This document shows, in pieces, positions 1-10,621 of a stretch of 64,000 nt of DNA. The position numbers were made by a program, and so were the translations under genes. This stretch comes from an uncultured Prevotellaceae bacterium (GTDB lineage Bacteria; Bacteroidota; Bacteroidia; Bacteroidales; Bacteroidaceae). Under the pieces are notes generated by a model. That model was not told the origin of the DNA. It saw nothing but the letters and a program-made list of their open reading frames with translations, and ran no database searches. The DNA is taken from positions 3,664-67,663 of the forward strand of contig ONTS01000010.1 of NCBI GenBank assembly GCA_900320845.1. Reading direction: 5' to 3'. Every line of letters begins with the position of its first letter. The first letter of the stretch is position 1.

Positions 1-1
1 C

Positions 2-1303
2 ACGTTCAAGGAAATTCGCGTGGCTTCCGACAGCGGCAGTCAGGCGGCGCGTCGTGCTGCTACAACGGTACGCAGTCAGGAGCCATCAGTGGGAGCTAAG
101 TATCAGCGTCTGCGCGATGTACCCCTGCAAGAGACCTCACGCATAGACATGGGGGATGCCGAGCTGAACCGCGTGTTAGGCGGTGGACTGGTACCTGGCT
201 CCATCGTACTGCTCGGCGGCGACCCAGGCATAGGCAAGAGTACCCTGATACTGCAAACGGTGTTGCACCTCGCCTCGCTACGTGTGCTCTATGTGAGCGG
301 TGAGGAGAGTGCTCATCAGCTGAAACTGCGTGCCGAACGCATAGAACACGATGAGCAGAGCGACCCAGTGTTGCTGTGCGACACATCGCTGGAAACCATC
401 TTCAACACCATTGAAGAGGTAAAACCCCAGCTACTTATCGTCGACTCCATACAGACCATTGCCACCGACACCATCGACAGTAGTCCCGGCAGCGTGGCAC
501 AGGTGAAAGAATGTGCCCAGGCACTGCTACGCTTTGCCAAAAGCAGCGGCATTCCGGTCATCATCATAGGACATATCAATAAAGAAGGTTCTCTGGCAGG
601 ACCTAAGGTATTGGAGCATATCGTCGACACAGTGCTTCAATTTGAGGGCGACAGGCAACACCTGTACCGTCTGCTGCGTTCCACAAAGAACCGCTTCGGC
701 TCTACTTCGGAGATGGGCATCTACGAAATGCTAGGCAACGGACTGCGACAGGTGAGTAATCCCTCGGAGCTTCTGCTCAACGACGAGCACGAAGGACTGT
801 CGGGTATAGCCATCAGCGCTGCCATAGAGGGCGTCCGTCCGTTCCTGCTTGAGACGCAGGCACTGGTTTCTACAGCCGCCTACGGCACACCGCAGCGCTC
901 GGCAACAGGCTTCGACCAACGACGCCTCAACATGCTGCTGGCAGTATTAGAGAAGCGTATGGGCTTCAAACTGCCACAGAAGGATGTATTCATCAACATT
1001 GCCGGCGGGCTGCGACTGGCAGATATGGCAATGGACCTGAGTGTCATCGCTGCCATCTTCTCAAGCAATGTCGACATGGCAGTGGCTCAGGGATGGTGCA
1101 TGGCTGGCGAAGTAGGACTGAGTGGCGAGGTGAGAGCCATTGGCAGAGTAGACCAACGCATAGCAGAGGCAGAAAAACTGGGATTCACCGATATCATCAT
1201 CCCGAAATACAACATGACAGCCCTACCCCACCAGCCACGCAAGATACGCGTACACGGAGTGAGAAAGGTGGAAGAAGCACTGCGAATGCTCTTCCAGAAT
1301 TGA
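2..1303 (+). CDS. radA: DNA repair protein RadA/Sms (5'-truncated by window edge)
   Basis: Walker A GDPGIGKS, RadA signature KNRFG and a Lon-like C-terminus ([10 protein letters not shown]). The frame is open back to the window start (TFKEIRV...), so the N-terminal Zn finger lies upstream. Confidence 0.95.
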   Translation, partial: TFKEIRVASDSGSQAARRAATTVRSQEPSVGAKYQRLRDVPLQETSRIDMGDAELNRVLGGGLVPGSIVLLGGDPGIGKSTLILQTVLHLASLRVLYVSGEESAHQLKLRAERIEHDEQSDPVLLCDTSLETIFNTIEEVKPQLLIVDSIQTIATDTIDSSPGSVAQVKECAQALLRFAKSSGIPVIIIGHINKEGSLAGPKVLEHIVDTVLQFEGDRQHLYRLLRSTKNRFGSTSEMGIYEMLGNGLRQVSNPSELLLNDEHEGLSGIAISAAIEGVRPFLLETQALVSTAAYGTPQRSATGFDQRRLNMLLAVLEKRMGFKLPQKDVFINIAGGLRLADMAMDLSVIAAIFSSNVDMAVAQGWCMAGEVGLSGEVRAIGRVDQRIAEAEKLGFTDIIIPKYNMTALPHQPRKIRVHGVRKVEEALRMLFQN

Positions 1304-1358
1304 AACGACAACACATATATTTATTAACGTAATACCCATTTTAAATTTTCAACAATCC

Positions 1359-2639
1359 ATGATTAAAGACCAAGTTATTTTCGACCTTATCGAAAAAGAA
1401 CATCAGCGTCAGCTGAAAGGTATGGAACTCATTGCCTCTGAGAACTTCGTCAGTGATCAGGTGATGGCAGCCATGGGCTCCTATCTCACCAACAAATATG
1501 CTGAAGGTTATCCCGGCAAGCGTTACTATGGCGGCTGCCAGGTGGTAGACCAAGTGGAGACACTTGCCATCGAGCGCATCTGCAAGCTGTTTGGTGCAGA
1601 ATATGCCAACGTTCAGCCTCACTCTGGAGCACAGGCCAATGCTGCTGTGCTGCTGGCAGTGCTGAAACCCGGTGACACTTTCATGGGCATGAACCTTGAC
1701 CACGGCGGACACCTCTCACACGGTTCTGCTGTCAACACCTCAGGCATACTCTATCATCCCGTGGGCTACAACCTCAACCGCGAGACCGGTCGTGTAGACT
1801 ACGACGAAATGGAGAAGCTGGCACTGGAACACAAGCCCAAGCTCATCATCGGCGGTGGCAGTGCATACAGCCGCGAATGGGACTACAAGCGTATGCGCGA
1901 GATAGCAGATAAGGTTGGAGCCTTGCTCATGGTAGACATGGCACATCCCGCAGGTCTCATCGCTGCCGGTCTGCTAGATAACCCTGTTAAGTATGCCCAC
2001 ATCGTAACCTCCACTACTCACAAGACACTGCGTGGTCCGCGTGGCGGTATCATCCTTATGGGTAAGGACTTTGAGAATCCTTGGGGCTTGAAGACTCCGA
2101 AGGGCGTTACCAAGATGATGAGCCAGCTGCTCAACAGTGCTGTCTTCCCCGGACAGCAGGGTGGTCCGCTGGAGCACGTCATCGCTGCTAAGGCTGTCGC
2201 CTTCGGCGAGGCACTGCAGCCCGAGTTCAAAGAGTGGGCTAAGCAGGTGAAGAAGAATGCTGCCGTACTGGCTGAAGAGCTCGTAAAACGTGGCTTCGGC
2301 ATCGTCAGCGGTGGTACAGACAACCACTCCATGCTCGTTGACCTGCGTTCGAAATATCCCGACCTCACTGGTAAGGTGGCAGAGAATGCTCTCGTAGCAG
2401 CCGACATTACCGTAAACAAGAACATGGTTCCGTTCGACACTCGCAGCGCATTCCAGACCTCTGGTATCCGCCTCGGCACTCCCGCTATCACCACACGTGG
2501 CGTCAAGGAAGACATGATGCCTCTCATCGCAGACCTCATCGAAGAGGTGCTTAACGCTCCCGAAGACGAGAACGTAATCGCAAAGGTGCGTGAAAAGGTG
2601 AACGCAACAATGAAGGACTATCCCCTCTTCGCTTACTAA
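1359..2639 (+). CDS. glyA: Serine hydroxymethyltransferase
   Basis: [21 protein letters not shown] and the PLP-lysine motif [13 protein letters not shown]. Confidence 0.98.
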   Translation: MIKDQVIFDLIEKEHQRQLKGMELIASENFVSDQVMAAMGSYLTNKYAEGYPGKRYYGGCQVVDQVETLAIERICKLFGAEYANVQPHSGAQANAAVLLAVLKPGDTFMGMNLDHGGHLSHGSAVNTSGILYHPVGYNLNRETGRVDYDEMEKLALEHKPKLIIGGGSAYSREWDYKRMREIADKVGALLMVDMAHPAGLIAAGLLDNPVKYAHIVTSTTHKTLRGPRGGIILMGKDFENPWGLKTPKGVTKMMSQLLNSAVFPGQQGGPLEHVIAAKAVAFGEALQPEFKEWAKQVKKNAAVLAEELVKRGFGIVSGGTDNHSMLVDLRSKYPDLTGKVAENALVAADITVNKNMVPFDTRSAFQTSGIRLGTPAITTRGVKEDMMPLIADLIEEVLNAPEDENVIAKVREKVNATMKDYPLFAY

Positions 2640-2665
2640 GCCGAAGGCTATAGTCACATCATACT

Positions 2666-2704
2666 AAAAACAGCGCCACTCCATTCAGATGAAGTGGCGC
2701 TGTT
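2666..2704. terminator. Likely bidirectional intrinsic terminator between convergent glyA and rubrerythrin
   Basis: AACAGCGCCACT ... AGTGGCGCTGTT 12-bp stem with an A-run on the left side. Confidence 0.7.
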
Positions 2705-2726
2705 GCTTATGTATTGATGGCTAACA

Positions 2727-3269
2727 TCAATAGTTGTTTGCCTTCAACTCGAAGTAAGCCTGCGGATGATCGCAAACGGGGCAGATTTCGGGTGCGTCCT
2801 TGCCGACAACAATGTGTCCACAGTTGCGGCACTGCCAGATGCTGTCGCCTTCGCGTGAGAAAACAACACGGTCGTTGATGTTGGCGAGGAGCTTACGATA
2901 GCGTGCTTCGTGTTCGCGCTCGATAGCTATCACACCACGGAACTTTGCGGCTATTTCAGTGAAGCCTTCTTCCTCGGCTTCACGTGCCATGCGGTCATAC
3001 ATGTCGGTCCACTCGTAGTTTTCACCGTTGGCGGCAGCCTCGAGGTTCTCGATAGTAGGACGGATGCTACCGCCTTCGAGAAGCTTGAACCACATCTTGG
3101 CATGCTCCTTCTCGTTGTTAGCAGTTTCTTCAAAGATCGCTGCAATCTGCTGATAGCCATCCTTCTTTGCTTTAGCTGCCCAATAGCTGTACTTGTTACG
3201 TGCCTGCGACTCGCCGGCAAAAGCTTCCAGTAAGTTCTTTTCGGTTTTAGTTCCTTTCAAGTCTTTCAT
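2727..3269 (-). CDS. rbr: Rubrerythrin
   Basis: [12 protein letters not shown], di-iron EKEHAK and EREHEAR motifs, C-terminal rubredoxin-like CRNC...CPVC. Confidence 0.95.
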   Translation of the reverse strand: MKDLKGTKTEKNLLEAFAGESQARNKYSYWAAKAKKDGYQQIAAIFEETANNEKEHAKMWFKLLEGGSIRPTIENLEAAANGENYEWTDMYDRMAREAEEEGFTEIAAKFRGVIAIEREHEARYRKLLANINDRVVFSREGDSIWQCRNCGHIVVGKDAPEICPVCDHPQAYFELKANNY

Positions 3270-3296
3270 AATATTTGTATAAATTTAGTTGGTAGT

Positions 3297-4352
<1,056 letters not shown>

Positions 4353-4468
4353 TTATTTTATTTAATTGTCGATATATTCGGTCTATCTGGGGTTAGTTTT
4401 TTCTGGAAATTATGCTCATTTGCCGTTAAGACACTCCCATCCGAAAACATTTTCTGCTTTGATTGCTG

Positions 4469-4495
4469 CAAAGATACAAAAACGAACTAACTTTG
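4469..4495. promoter_or_regulatory. Back-to-back Bacteroidota -7 promoter boxes for divergent gap and mscL
   Basis: CAAAGATA at 4469-4476 (TATCTTTG on the minus strand) and TAACTTTG at 4488-4495 both match TAnnTTTG. Confidence 0.6.
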
Positions 4496-4535
4496 CAAAC
4501 AATAATATTATTAAAATTCTATACAACTTAACACT

Positions 4536-4916
4536 ATGGGATCATTTTTCAAAGAGTTTAAGGAATTTGCCATGAAAGGCAATGTATTGGACATGGCTAT
4601 CGGTGTTATCATCGGCGGCGCATTCGGCAAAATCATCACATCGTTGGTCGACAACGTATTGATGCCTATCATCGGTACCATCGTCGGCAACAACTTCACA
4701 GAGCTGAGCTGCACCATAAACGGCGCAGAAGTCAAGTATGGAACATTCATCCAGAACATTGTCGACTTCATCATCATTGCTTTCTGCATCTTCATGTTCA
4801 TCAAAGCCATCAACAAGGTTTCTAAGAAGAAGGAAGAAGAGCCCGAAGCTCCTGCAGAGCCAAGCAATGAAGAGAAGCTCCTGACAGAGATTCGCGACCT
4901 GCTCAAGAAAGACTAA
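4536..4916 (+). CDS. mscL: Large-conductance mechanosensitive channel
   Basis: [26 protein letters not shown]...[10 protein letters not shown]. Confidence 0.97.
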   Translation: MGSFFKEFKEFAMKGNVLDMAIGVIIGGAFGKIITSLVDNVLMPIIGTIVGNNFTELSCTINGAEVKYGTFIQNIVDFIIIAFCIFMFIKAINKVSKKKEEEPEAPAEPSNEEKLLTEIRDLLKKD

Positions 4917-4943
4917 CAGAGTATAACATTAAAGAGGATTGCC

Positions 4944-5684
4944 ATGAAAAAAAAATCATATTGGTTGCTCGTATCTGTTTTACTGATAGGCACCGTCAAT
5001 GCTACGGCGCAGATGAAGAAGAAAGCCTCTGCGCCCAACATCGTACACTTTGTTGACCGTCTGGTCACCGCCCCCGGAGACGAAGAAGACAGCGAATGCG
5101 AGCAACATATATACAACGCATGGCAGAACTACAAGAAACATCGCCCTCAGGATCCTGGAAGGGAAGTCTTAGTAGATGCCAAAAATGGATACATGCGCTA
5201 TGACTATAGAGACTTGGATGCCAGTGATGACCATGGCTTCTTCGAAGTATGCTACTGGAACTGCGCCAACGGCAAAAACAAGCTTGTAGCCATCAACCAA
5301 GTCACCTACTATGATGGCGTGCCCTCCAACGGGCAATGTGATGGCATACAATTCTACCTGTACCACAATGCTACTGGCAAGATGGAGTGGATCAATGCGG
5401 AAGACCTCGGCATCGACCGCATGTATGGCATCAACGACCCAGATCGTGGATACAACAGCACCACAAAATGCTACTGGGGAAAAACACCCGCAGGCGAGAC
5501 GCTTACCTTCCGCGAGAAAGAAGACTGGGACACATGGCTAACATGGGTGCGCAACAACACCACACACTCCTTCCTTAAACTGCCACAACAAGGCAAAGAC
5601 ATTGTACAAACACGCGTACGCCCAGGCTATCAATCCACCACCACATGGAAGTGGAACGGCCATAGCTTCTACCGTGCACAGTGA
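4944..5684 (+). CDS. Secreted hypothetical protein
   Basis: Signal-peptide-like N-terminus; ends LPQQGKDI...WKWNGHSF; codon usage like the core genes. Confidence 0.7.
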   Translation: MKKKSYWLLVSVLLIGTVNATAQMKKKASAPNIVHFVDRLVTAPGDEEDSECEQHIYNAWQNYKKHRPQDPGREVLVDAKNGYMRYDYRDLDASDDHGFFEVCYWNCANGKNKLVAINQVTYYDGVPSNGQCDGIQFYLYHNATGKMEWINAEDLGIDRMYGINDPDRGYNSTTKCYWGKTPAGETLTFREKEDWDTWLTWVRNNTTHSFLKLPQQGKDIVQTRVRPGYQSTTTWKWNGHSFYRAQ

Positions 5685-5906
5685 CAACACTCCCCCACTC
5701 CACACGAGAGCATCGTCACTACAGCAACACCGACAGCCTGTCATGCACCCGGCATGACAGGCTGCCGATGTAATGGGGATAAGCAGGAAATGCCTAGAGC
5801 TCCAACCCTCTAAATCATAATCCACTCTCTCCTCTATATCACATTCTTCTCATTTTCCCTACACGCTTACACCAAGCCAGATAAGATGCTGTACACATGA
5901 CGGTTA

Positions 5907-6299
5907 CGAGGCGTAAGCGTTTTTTCGTCGCTTACACCGCCTGCACTTTCCTACACCCAGCTGTAAAACAGACAACTCCGGCAACACGATCATACACCTG
6001 TTACATAGCTAAATCACCGAAATTGCTCTGCAACAGGAGCCCTTGCACTCGCAACAGTAGCCCCTGCACTCGCAACAGTAGCCCCTGCACTCGCAACAGT
6101 AGTCCGTGCCTTTGCAACTGTTTCCCGATTACGGACCAAAACAACTTGTTTTGGTCCGTAATCGGGGTATGATTACAGTGTGAAAGTTGCCCAATTGTAA
6201 TACAAGTGTTGCCTGATTGCAAGCTGTTGGTTCCGCAAATGTTACGCGCGTTAGGTATGGTGTAAGCGGTGTAAGCGACGAAAAAACGCTTACACCTCG
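5907..6299. repeat. MITE/REP-like element: 34-bp inverted repeats enclosing a 21-bp tandem array and a perfect palindrome
   Basis: 5907-5940 CGAGGCGTAAGCGTTTTTTCGTCGCTTACACCGC matches the reverse complement of 6266-6299 with 1 mismatch. About 4 copies of GCAACAGTAGCCCCTGCACTC at 6030-6113. Palindrome with 21-bp arms at 6124-6166. Confidence 0.85.
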
Positions 6300-6419
6300 G
6301 AAAGCCTTTAGCATAGAGCGGGTTACACCACATTGGTGTAGGCAAATTGAAAAAACGAAAAAACTTCAAATCAGAATTGGGCATTAGAACACTCAGGTTG
6401 AAAGGCTTCACATTTTCTC

Positions 6420-6460
6420 AGACCTCTGCCACCAGTTGGCGGAGGTCTTTGTTTTCTTTG
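6420..6460 (+). terminator. Intrinsic terminator upstream of the island promoter
   Basis: AGACCTCTGCCA ... TGGCGGAGGTCT stem (one G-U pair) followed by TTGTTTTCTTT. Confidence 0.6.
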
Positions 6461-6672
6461 CCCGAAAAAAATCCCTCATCATGCACGTTTTCGATAAGCC
6501 ATATGAATATATTCCATTCATGCTTGCGAAGCAAAAATCGCTTGAGCTATGCCATGGAGAGAACCGGCGACAAGCCGAGAGCAATTGAGCTCGCTCGTAT
6601 TGCCGAGGTGCGATGGGGAAAGACAAAGTCAAAAAAGTCAAAAGATATTCAAGGATTTCCACGAAGATTGTC

Positions 6673-6680
6673 TAACTTTG
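6673..6680 (+). promoter_or_regulatory. Bacteroidota -7 promoter box
   Basis: TAACTTTG; the predicted start (~6687) coincides with the first base of a hairpin. The -33 box is not clear. Confidence 0.55.
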
Positions 6681-6686
6681 CCAACA

Positions 6687-6940
6687 GTTGTCAGGCGCGA
6701 GCCGTTGACGACATGCGTAAATAATGGCAGTCCGAATCTTGAAATCGCCAATTTCATCTCTCCACGCGGACTCACTGTTATCAATGCGCTCACCAGATTG
6801 TATATGTACGAGAAAGCTATGCCTTTCTCCGTCATATCACAACTGCGTGGGACATTGTACGATTACAGTTCATTCGTGGAAGGTGTTTGGCGATACCTAA
6901 GATTCGTGGACATGTAAAAATACAGGTCCTACGCCTCTTT
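6687..6940 (+). ncRNA. Putative structured leader/ncRNA: 5' GNRA hairpin plus ~180-nt bulged rod hairpin
   Basis: P1: GTTGTCA-GGC[GCGA]GCC-GT-TGACGAC at 6687-6712. Nested complementary blocks across 6730-6911, e.g. CGAATCTT/AAGATTCG, ATCGCCAA/TTGGCGAT, TCCACG/CGTGGA, ACTGT/ACAGT, CAATG/CATTG, ATATG/CATAT, GAGAAAG/CTTTCTC. Confidence 0.7.
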
Positions 6941-6991
6941 GGTGCGTGAATAATCTTACTAACAGTACAAACATCTCGAATAATAACAACT

Positions 6992-7522
6992 ATGAGGAGA
7001 ACGTATTTAATCGCAATGTCGCTATGCTTGTCAACACTCGCACTATACGGGTGCAACGCAGGAGCGCAGAAAGCAGAAACACAAAAGGAATCGGCATCAC
7101 AAATTGATGATGACGACCCAGAAGTAAAGAGGCAGAAAGAATGGATAGAAAATTTCTATCTGAACGTGTATTATCTAATGAATAGCTCTGATGAGGATAG
7201 AGACAAACTCGATGCTTGGGTACGAAAACATACTACTGCAAGGGCCCAAAAGGATTTAGTGGATTTATACCCATATGACATTTATGAAGAAGAAATCATG
7301 GCTAGCTGGTATTTTTTTTATGATTATAGGGATACAGCAGACATTATGCTAAAAAGAACTATTGAATGTGTAGCACCCAACACTTTTCTGATAACTCACT
7401 ATTGGGGGTGCTCAGACGAAACCATCAAAGTAAATCCAGATGACTTTGTTTATCAAGTCAAGCTTGAACTTGTAAAAGCAGGACAATCGTATAAAATCAA
7501 TCGAGTAATTCCTAATGTGTAA
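6992..7522 (+). CDS. Hypothetical lipoprotein
   Basis: Signal peptide with lipobox-like LYGC; AT-rich. Confidence 0.75.
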   Translation: MRRTYLIAMSLCLSTLALYGCNAGAQKAETQKESASQIDDDDPEVKRQKEWIENFYLNVYYLMNSSDEDRDKLDAWVRKHTTARAQKDLVDLYPYDIYEEEIMASWYFFYDYRDTADIMLKRTIECVAPNTFLITHYWGCSDETIKVNPDDFVYQVKLELVKAGQSYKINRVIPNV

Positions 7523-7533
7523 CACTATAAATT

Positions 7534-7992
7534 ATGAAAAAACTACTCTTTCTCATCGTTCTGACGATGATGCAAATCGGCACAATGCGTGCACAAACCG
7601 TATTCTATCGTTGCATAGGCAACAATGTCAATGTTCGAAAAGGTCCAGGAGTTAAATATGGGCTCGTAAAAAATTCTGGAGCTGCTCGATGCTTGAAAGA
7701 TATTAACAATTCCGCAAAATTTCAGCTGTTCAAGGGCGACATTGTCTTTGGCGACGGACGCGAAATGAACGGCTTTATACATATAGAGGGCACCTTGCCC
7801 TGGCCCTGCATGGCAGAAGACAATGGTTGGGTGAGTAAACAATATCTTGTCAGGGCAGTTAAGTGTACGTCCTGCAAAGGAAAGGGAATAACGAACAGAA
7901 CCTGCACGGTGTGTCAAGGTATGGGGCACATGGGATGTCACTATAGCGGTAAGGAGCCCTGTTCAAAATGTGATGGTACTGGATACAGATAA
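7534..7992 (+). CDS. Secreted SH3b-like protein with C-terminal DnaJ-type Cys-rich zinc finger
   Basis: Signal peptide; NVNVRKGPG...GWVSKQYL (SH3b pattern); CTSCKGKG, CTVCQGMG and CSKCDGTG repeats. Confidence 0.75.
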   Translation: MKKLLFLIVLTMMQIGTMRAQTVFYRCIGNNVNVRKGPGVKYGLVKNSGAARCLKDINNSAKFQLFKGDIVFGDGREMNGFIHIEGTLPWPCMAEDNGWVSKQYLVRAVKCTSCKGKGITNRTCTVCQGMGHMGCHYSGKEPCSKCDGTGYR

Positions 7993-8091
7993 GCAACGGA
8001 ACTAAGAGAGCAGTACATGCGACAGTATGGATTTGACTTAAAGAAATCAGGGCTCATACCAAAAGATTTTATTATTGAAAAGTTGGACTAA
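7993..8091 (+). pseudogene. 3' remnant of a small gene, resembling a DUF6140-like C-terminus
   Basis: Directly after the upstream TAA, the same frame reads ATELREQYMRQYGFDLKKSGLIPKDFIIEKLD*. The family assignment is from memory. Confidence 0.45.
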
Positions 8092-8105
8092 ATCACAAAA
8101 GCATT

Positions 8106-9257
8106 ATGAACAAAGTTTTTAAATACATGTTAATAGTTTTTATAACTATATTTGTCTTGGTCGCCATTGCCAGTTACTTCAATTACAGATATGACAATGC
8201 CGTTGGCCCCAATCTTATCACTGCGTTTGTAGGGGTAGCCGTCTCAGCATTGGTTACGCTCGTGCTCCTTAACGGACAGACAAAAGATGAGGAAGAAAAA
8301 GACAAAAACATCCAATTGTTTCAGTACAAACAACAATGTTATACGGATTTCATTCGTAAGATGTGGGCTTGTAAAAGTCTGAATGATTTCAATAAGATTG
8401 AGGAAAGCATGCGCAGTCTTATTTTTGTGGTCAATAAAGACATACTATCTGAACTTGCGGGACTATTGAAGCAAGCCAAAGAAGATTGTGAAACCTATGA
8501 TAATGCAACATCAAAATATGCTGCTATAACAAAGCTGCTCCGCGATGATTTGCTAAATGACACGGGAGTAGATGCAGTCAGTATAAAAGATGTCTTTAAT
8601 GCCTGTTATTATGAAGCTGACAAGAATGATGTCAGGCCGAAAGTCAATGAAGATATCCAAGAACAGCATGTGTCCATCGAAGACAATAACAATAATATCA
8701 GTTTCAACAATAATGCCCTTCAGACTATCTGGGAAGAATATGAGAAGGGCAATGTGCAGTGTTGGCATTTCAACGCATGGGCCCCTGAGACGCAAAGCAA
8801 ATCTCTTGAAGAGCGTGATGATACTGGAAACGCCTTACTCTCACTATTCGAATATGGTGAAGATTGGAGGACGCAACGATTGCGGCAGGTAAATAAAGGA
8901 GATATTGTTTTCTTGTTCTATCGTGGCGGTAGCGGATATGTTGGCATGTACAGAGCCACTGGCACTGTCGTTGTAAGCCCAAAAGGCGAAGGCTATCTAC
9001 TGGAGGTGAACGATATCAAGGACAAAATTGTTCCTTTAGAAGAAGCGGAGCAATATGACATCTATGGCGAATTAAGGGGTGGTGCCACATCCGTCGCCAG
9101 CATTCGTGTAGAACCGGAAATAACAGAAGCTGACATGAAGCAGACTTATAATCCTATCAATGTTATCCGACAGACAATAGCCCACACCGGGGAAGATAAC
9201 ACATGGGAACTGTTACACTATTTTGATAAAATGACAACTAAAAAACATAACAATTAA
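8106..9257 (+). CDS. Membrane protein with 2 N-terminal TM helices and a C-terminal EVE/PUA-like domain
   Basis: Two hydrophobic segments in the first ~55 aa; C-terminal RLRQVNKGDIVFLFYRGGSGYVGMYRATG resembles an EVE/PUA core. Confidence 0.6.
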   Translation: MNKVFKYMLIVFITIFVLVAIASYFNYRYDNAVGPNLITAFVGVAVSALVTLVLLNGQTKDEEEKDKNIQLFQYKQQCYTDFIRKMWACKSLNDFNKIEESMRSLIFVVNKDILSELAGLLKQAKEDCETYDNATSKYAAITKLLRDDLLNDTGVDAVSIKDVFNACYYEADKNDVRPKVNEDIQEQHVSIEDNNNNISFNNNALQTIWEEYEKGNVQCWHFNAWAPETQSKSLEERDDTGNALLSLFEYGEDWRTQRLRQVNKGDIVFLFYRGGSGYVGMYRATGTVVVSPKGEGYLLEVNDIKDKIVPLEEAEQYDIYGELRGGATSVASIRVEPEITEADMKQTYNPINVIRQTIAHTGEDNTWELLHYFDKMTTKKHNN

Positions 9258-9267
9258 AAAAATAACA

Positions 9268-10539
9268 ATGAAAGAAGACAACATTATCAAATGTCTACGA
9301 TTCAGTGATGATTTCTATAGAAAATACACTGAGCTTAAACAACAATTACCCTATCACATTAATGTTATTGATGAGCTACATATAGACGAAAATGCACATA
9401 GTCGCATCTTGTGCAAGCTTTTACAATGCAAAAATCCTGTGAGTGGTGAATATGAAATCTTACAATCGCTACTTGACTATATCCGTAAGAGGGCAAAGGA
9501 CAAAACTTTCGAACGCATTGAATTAATCAATCCCATCATAACACAAGAAAAGGCAAGAATAGATTTGTGGATACGGGATCAAAAAACTGGTTATGCTGTC
9601 ATCGTGGAAAATAAAGTCTATAATGCGCAAGACCAGGAAGAACAACTTTCCCGCTACATACAACGCACCAAAGATGATGGCTTTTCCTCCGAACATATCT
9701 ATGTCGTTTATCTCTCTCGTACTGGTGAAGAACCTGATGAACAATCGTGGGGTGAATATAAAGAGGACTTTGAAACTCGATATGTGAACCTCTCATTTCG
9801 CGATGACATACTTGAGTGGTTAAAAATGAACATCTTACCAGAGATTCGTCAAAAGGACACATATCTCTTACATGCCGTAAAAGAGTATGTTGACTATTTG
9901 GAAGGAGAATTTGACATAAGAGACATAAACAAAAAAATGAATAAAGACATGAACGAAAACTTGAAAAACGCCTTAGGAATTGGACACGATACCGATAATC
10001 AAACCGCATTAGAAATACTTACCCGCAAACGCGATGAAGTAAATTCACTGATAAATTACATTGACTCTACCATCAATGAAGTGAAAGATAACATTGACAA
10101 AAATTATGTTGATCGCTGGAAAAAATCTGATGCAGAAAAAATAATAGAAAACGCGGCACAAACAATAGCTTCAGATCTCAATCTTCAAACTGAAGTACAC
10201 TTTGGAGATGCAACATATATGTATATTGCATTTCGTAAAGGAGACTGGGAACTTTCAATTGTATTTGAGAAATATCACACTCACAAGTTCTTTGTATATA
10301 TAGGCTTACCTGGCGAAAAGTATGTTGATCAACACTATGTTGACTTGAAGTCTTTTATATTTAATTGTCATAATGCAAGGAGAAATCATCCATTTGGCTG
10401 GGAGTGGATTTATTATAATGACAAACCAGAAGAACTTTTACGAGATATAATAAACATGGATAGTTTTAAGAACTTCATTATGAAATATCTTAAAGGAATA
10501 CTGGCAAAGATTAAAGAGAATAATATCAACTTATCCTAA
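9268..10539 (+). CDS. PD-(D/E)XK nuclease family protein (PDDEXK_4-like)
   Basis: ENAHSRILCKLL...RIDLWI...IVENKVYNAQDQEEQLSRY is typical of PDDEXK_4. Confidence 0.85.
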   Translation: MKEDNIIKCLRFSDDFYRKYTELKQQLPYHINVIDELHIDENAHSRILCKLLQCKNPVSGEYEILQSLLDYIRKRAKDKTFERIELINPIITQEKARIDLWIRDQKTGYAVIVENKVYNAQDQEEQLSRYIQRTKDDGFSSEHIYVVYLSRTGEEPDEQSWGEYKEDFETRYVNLSFRDDILEWLKMNILPEIRQKDTYLLHAVKEYVDYLEGEFDIRDINKKMNKDMNENLKNALGIGHDTDNQTALEILTRKRDEVNSLINYIDSTINEVKDNIDKNYVDRWKKSDAEKIIENAAQTIASDLNLQTEVHFGDATYMYIAFRKGDWELSIVFEKYHTHKFFVYIGLPGEKYVDQHYVDLKSFIFNCHNARRNHPFGWEWIYYNDKPEELLRDIINMDSFKNFIMKYLKGILAKIKENNINLS

Positions 10540-10621
10540 TAGTTGATAATGAATTAAGGAATGGAATGGAATGGAATGATAGACAATTTATAAAAAATAA
10601 TAACCCAAAACAATAACAACT

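Noticed and set aside
6030-6120. 21-bp tandem repeats as a CRISPR array
   Set aside because: The units are contiguous with no unique spacers, and there are no cas genes in the window.
6730-6911. 6S RNA or retron msr-msd identity for the rod hairpin
   Set aside because: There is no large central bubble typical of 6S and no reverse transcriptase in the window. Not fully excluded without an Rfam search.
5897-6917. Several 60-136 aa ORFs over the repeat element and leader
   Set aside because: They overlap repeats, a terminator and the RNA hairpin, have no recognisable motifs, and conflict with one another.
10558-10577. (GGAAT)4 microsatellite as a phase-variation switch
   Set aside because: It is short, intergenic and not within a recognisable promoter spacer.
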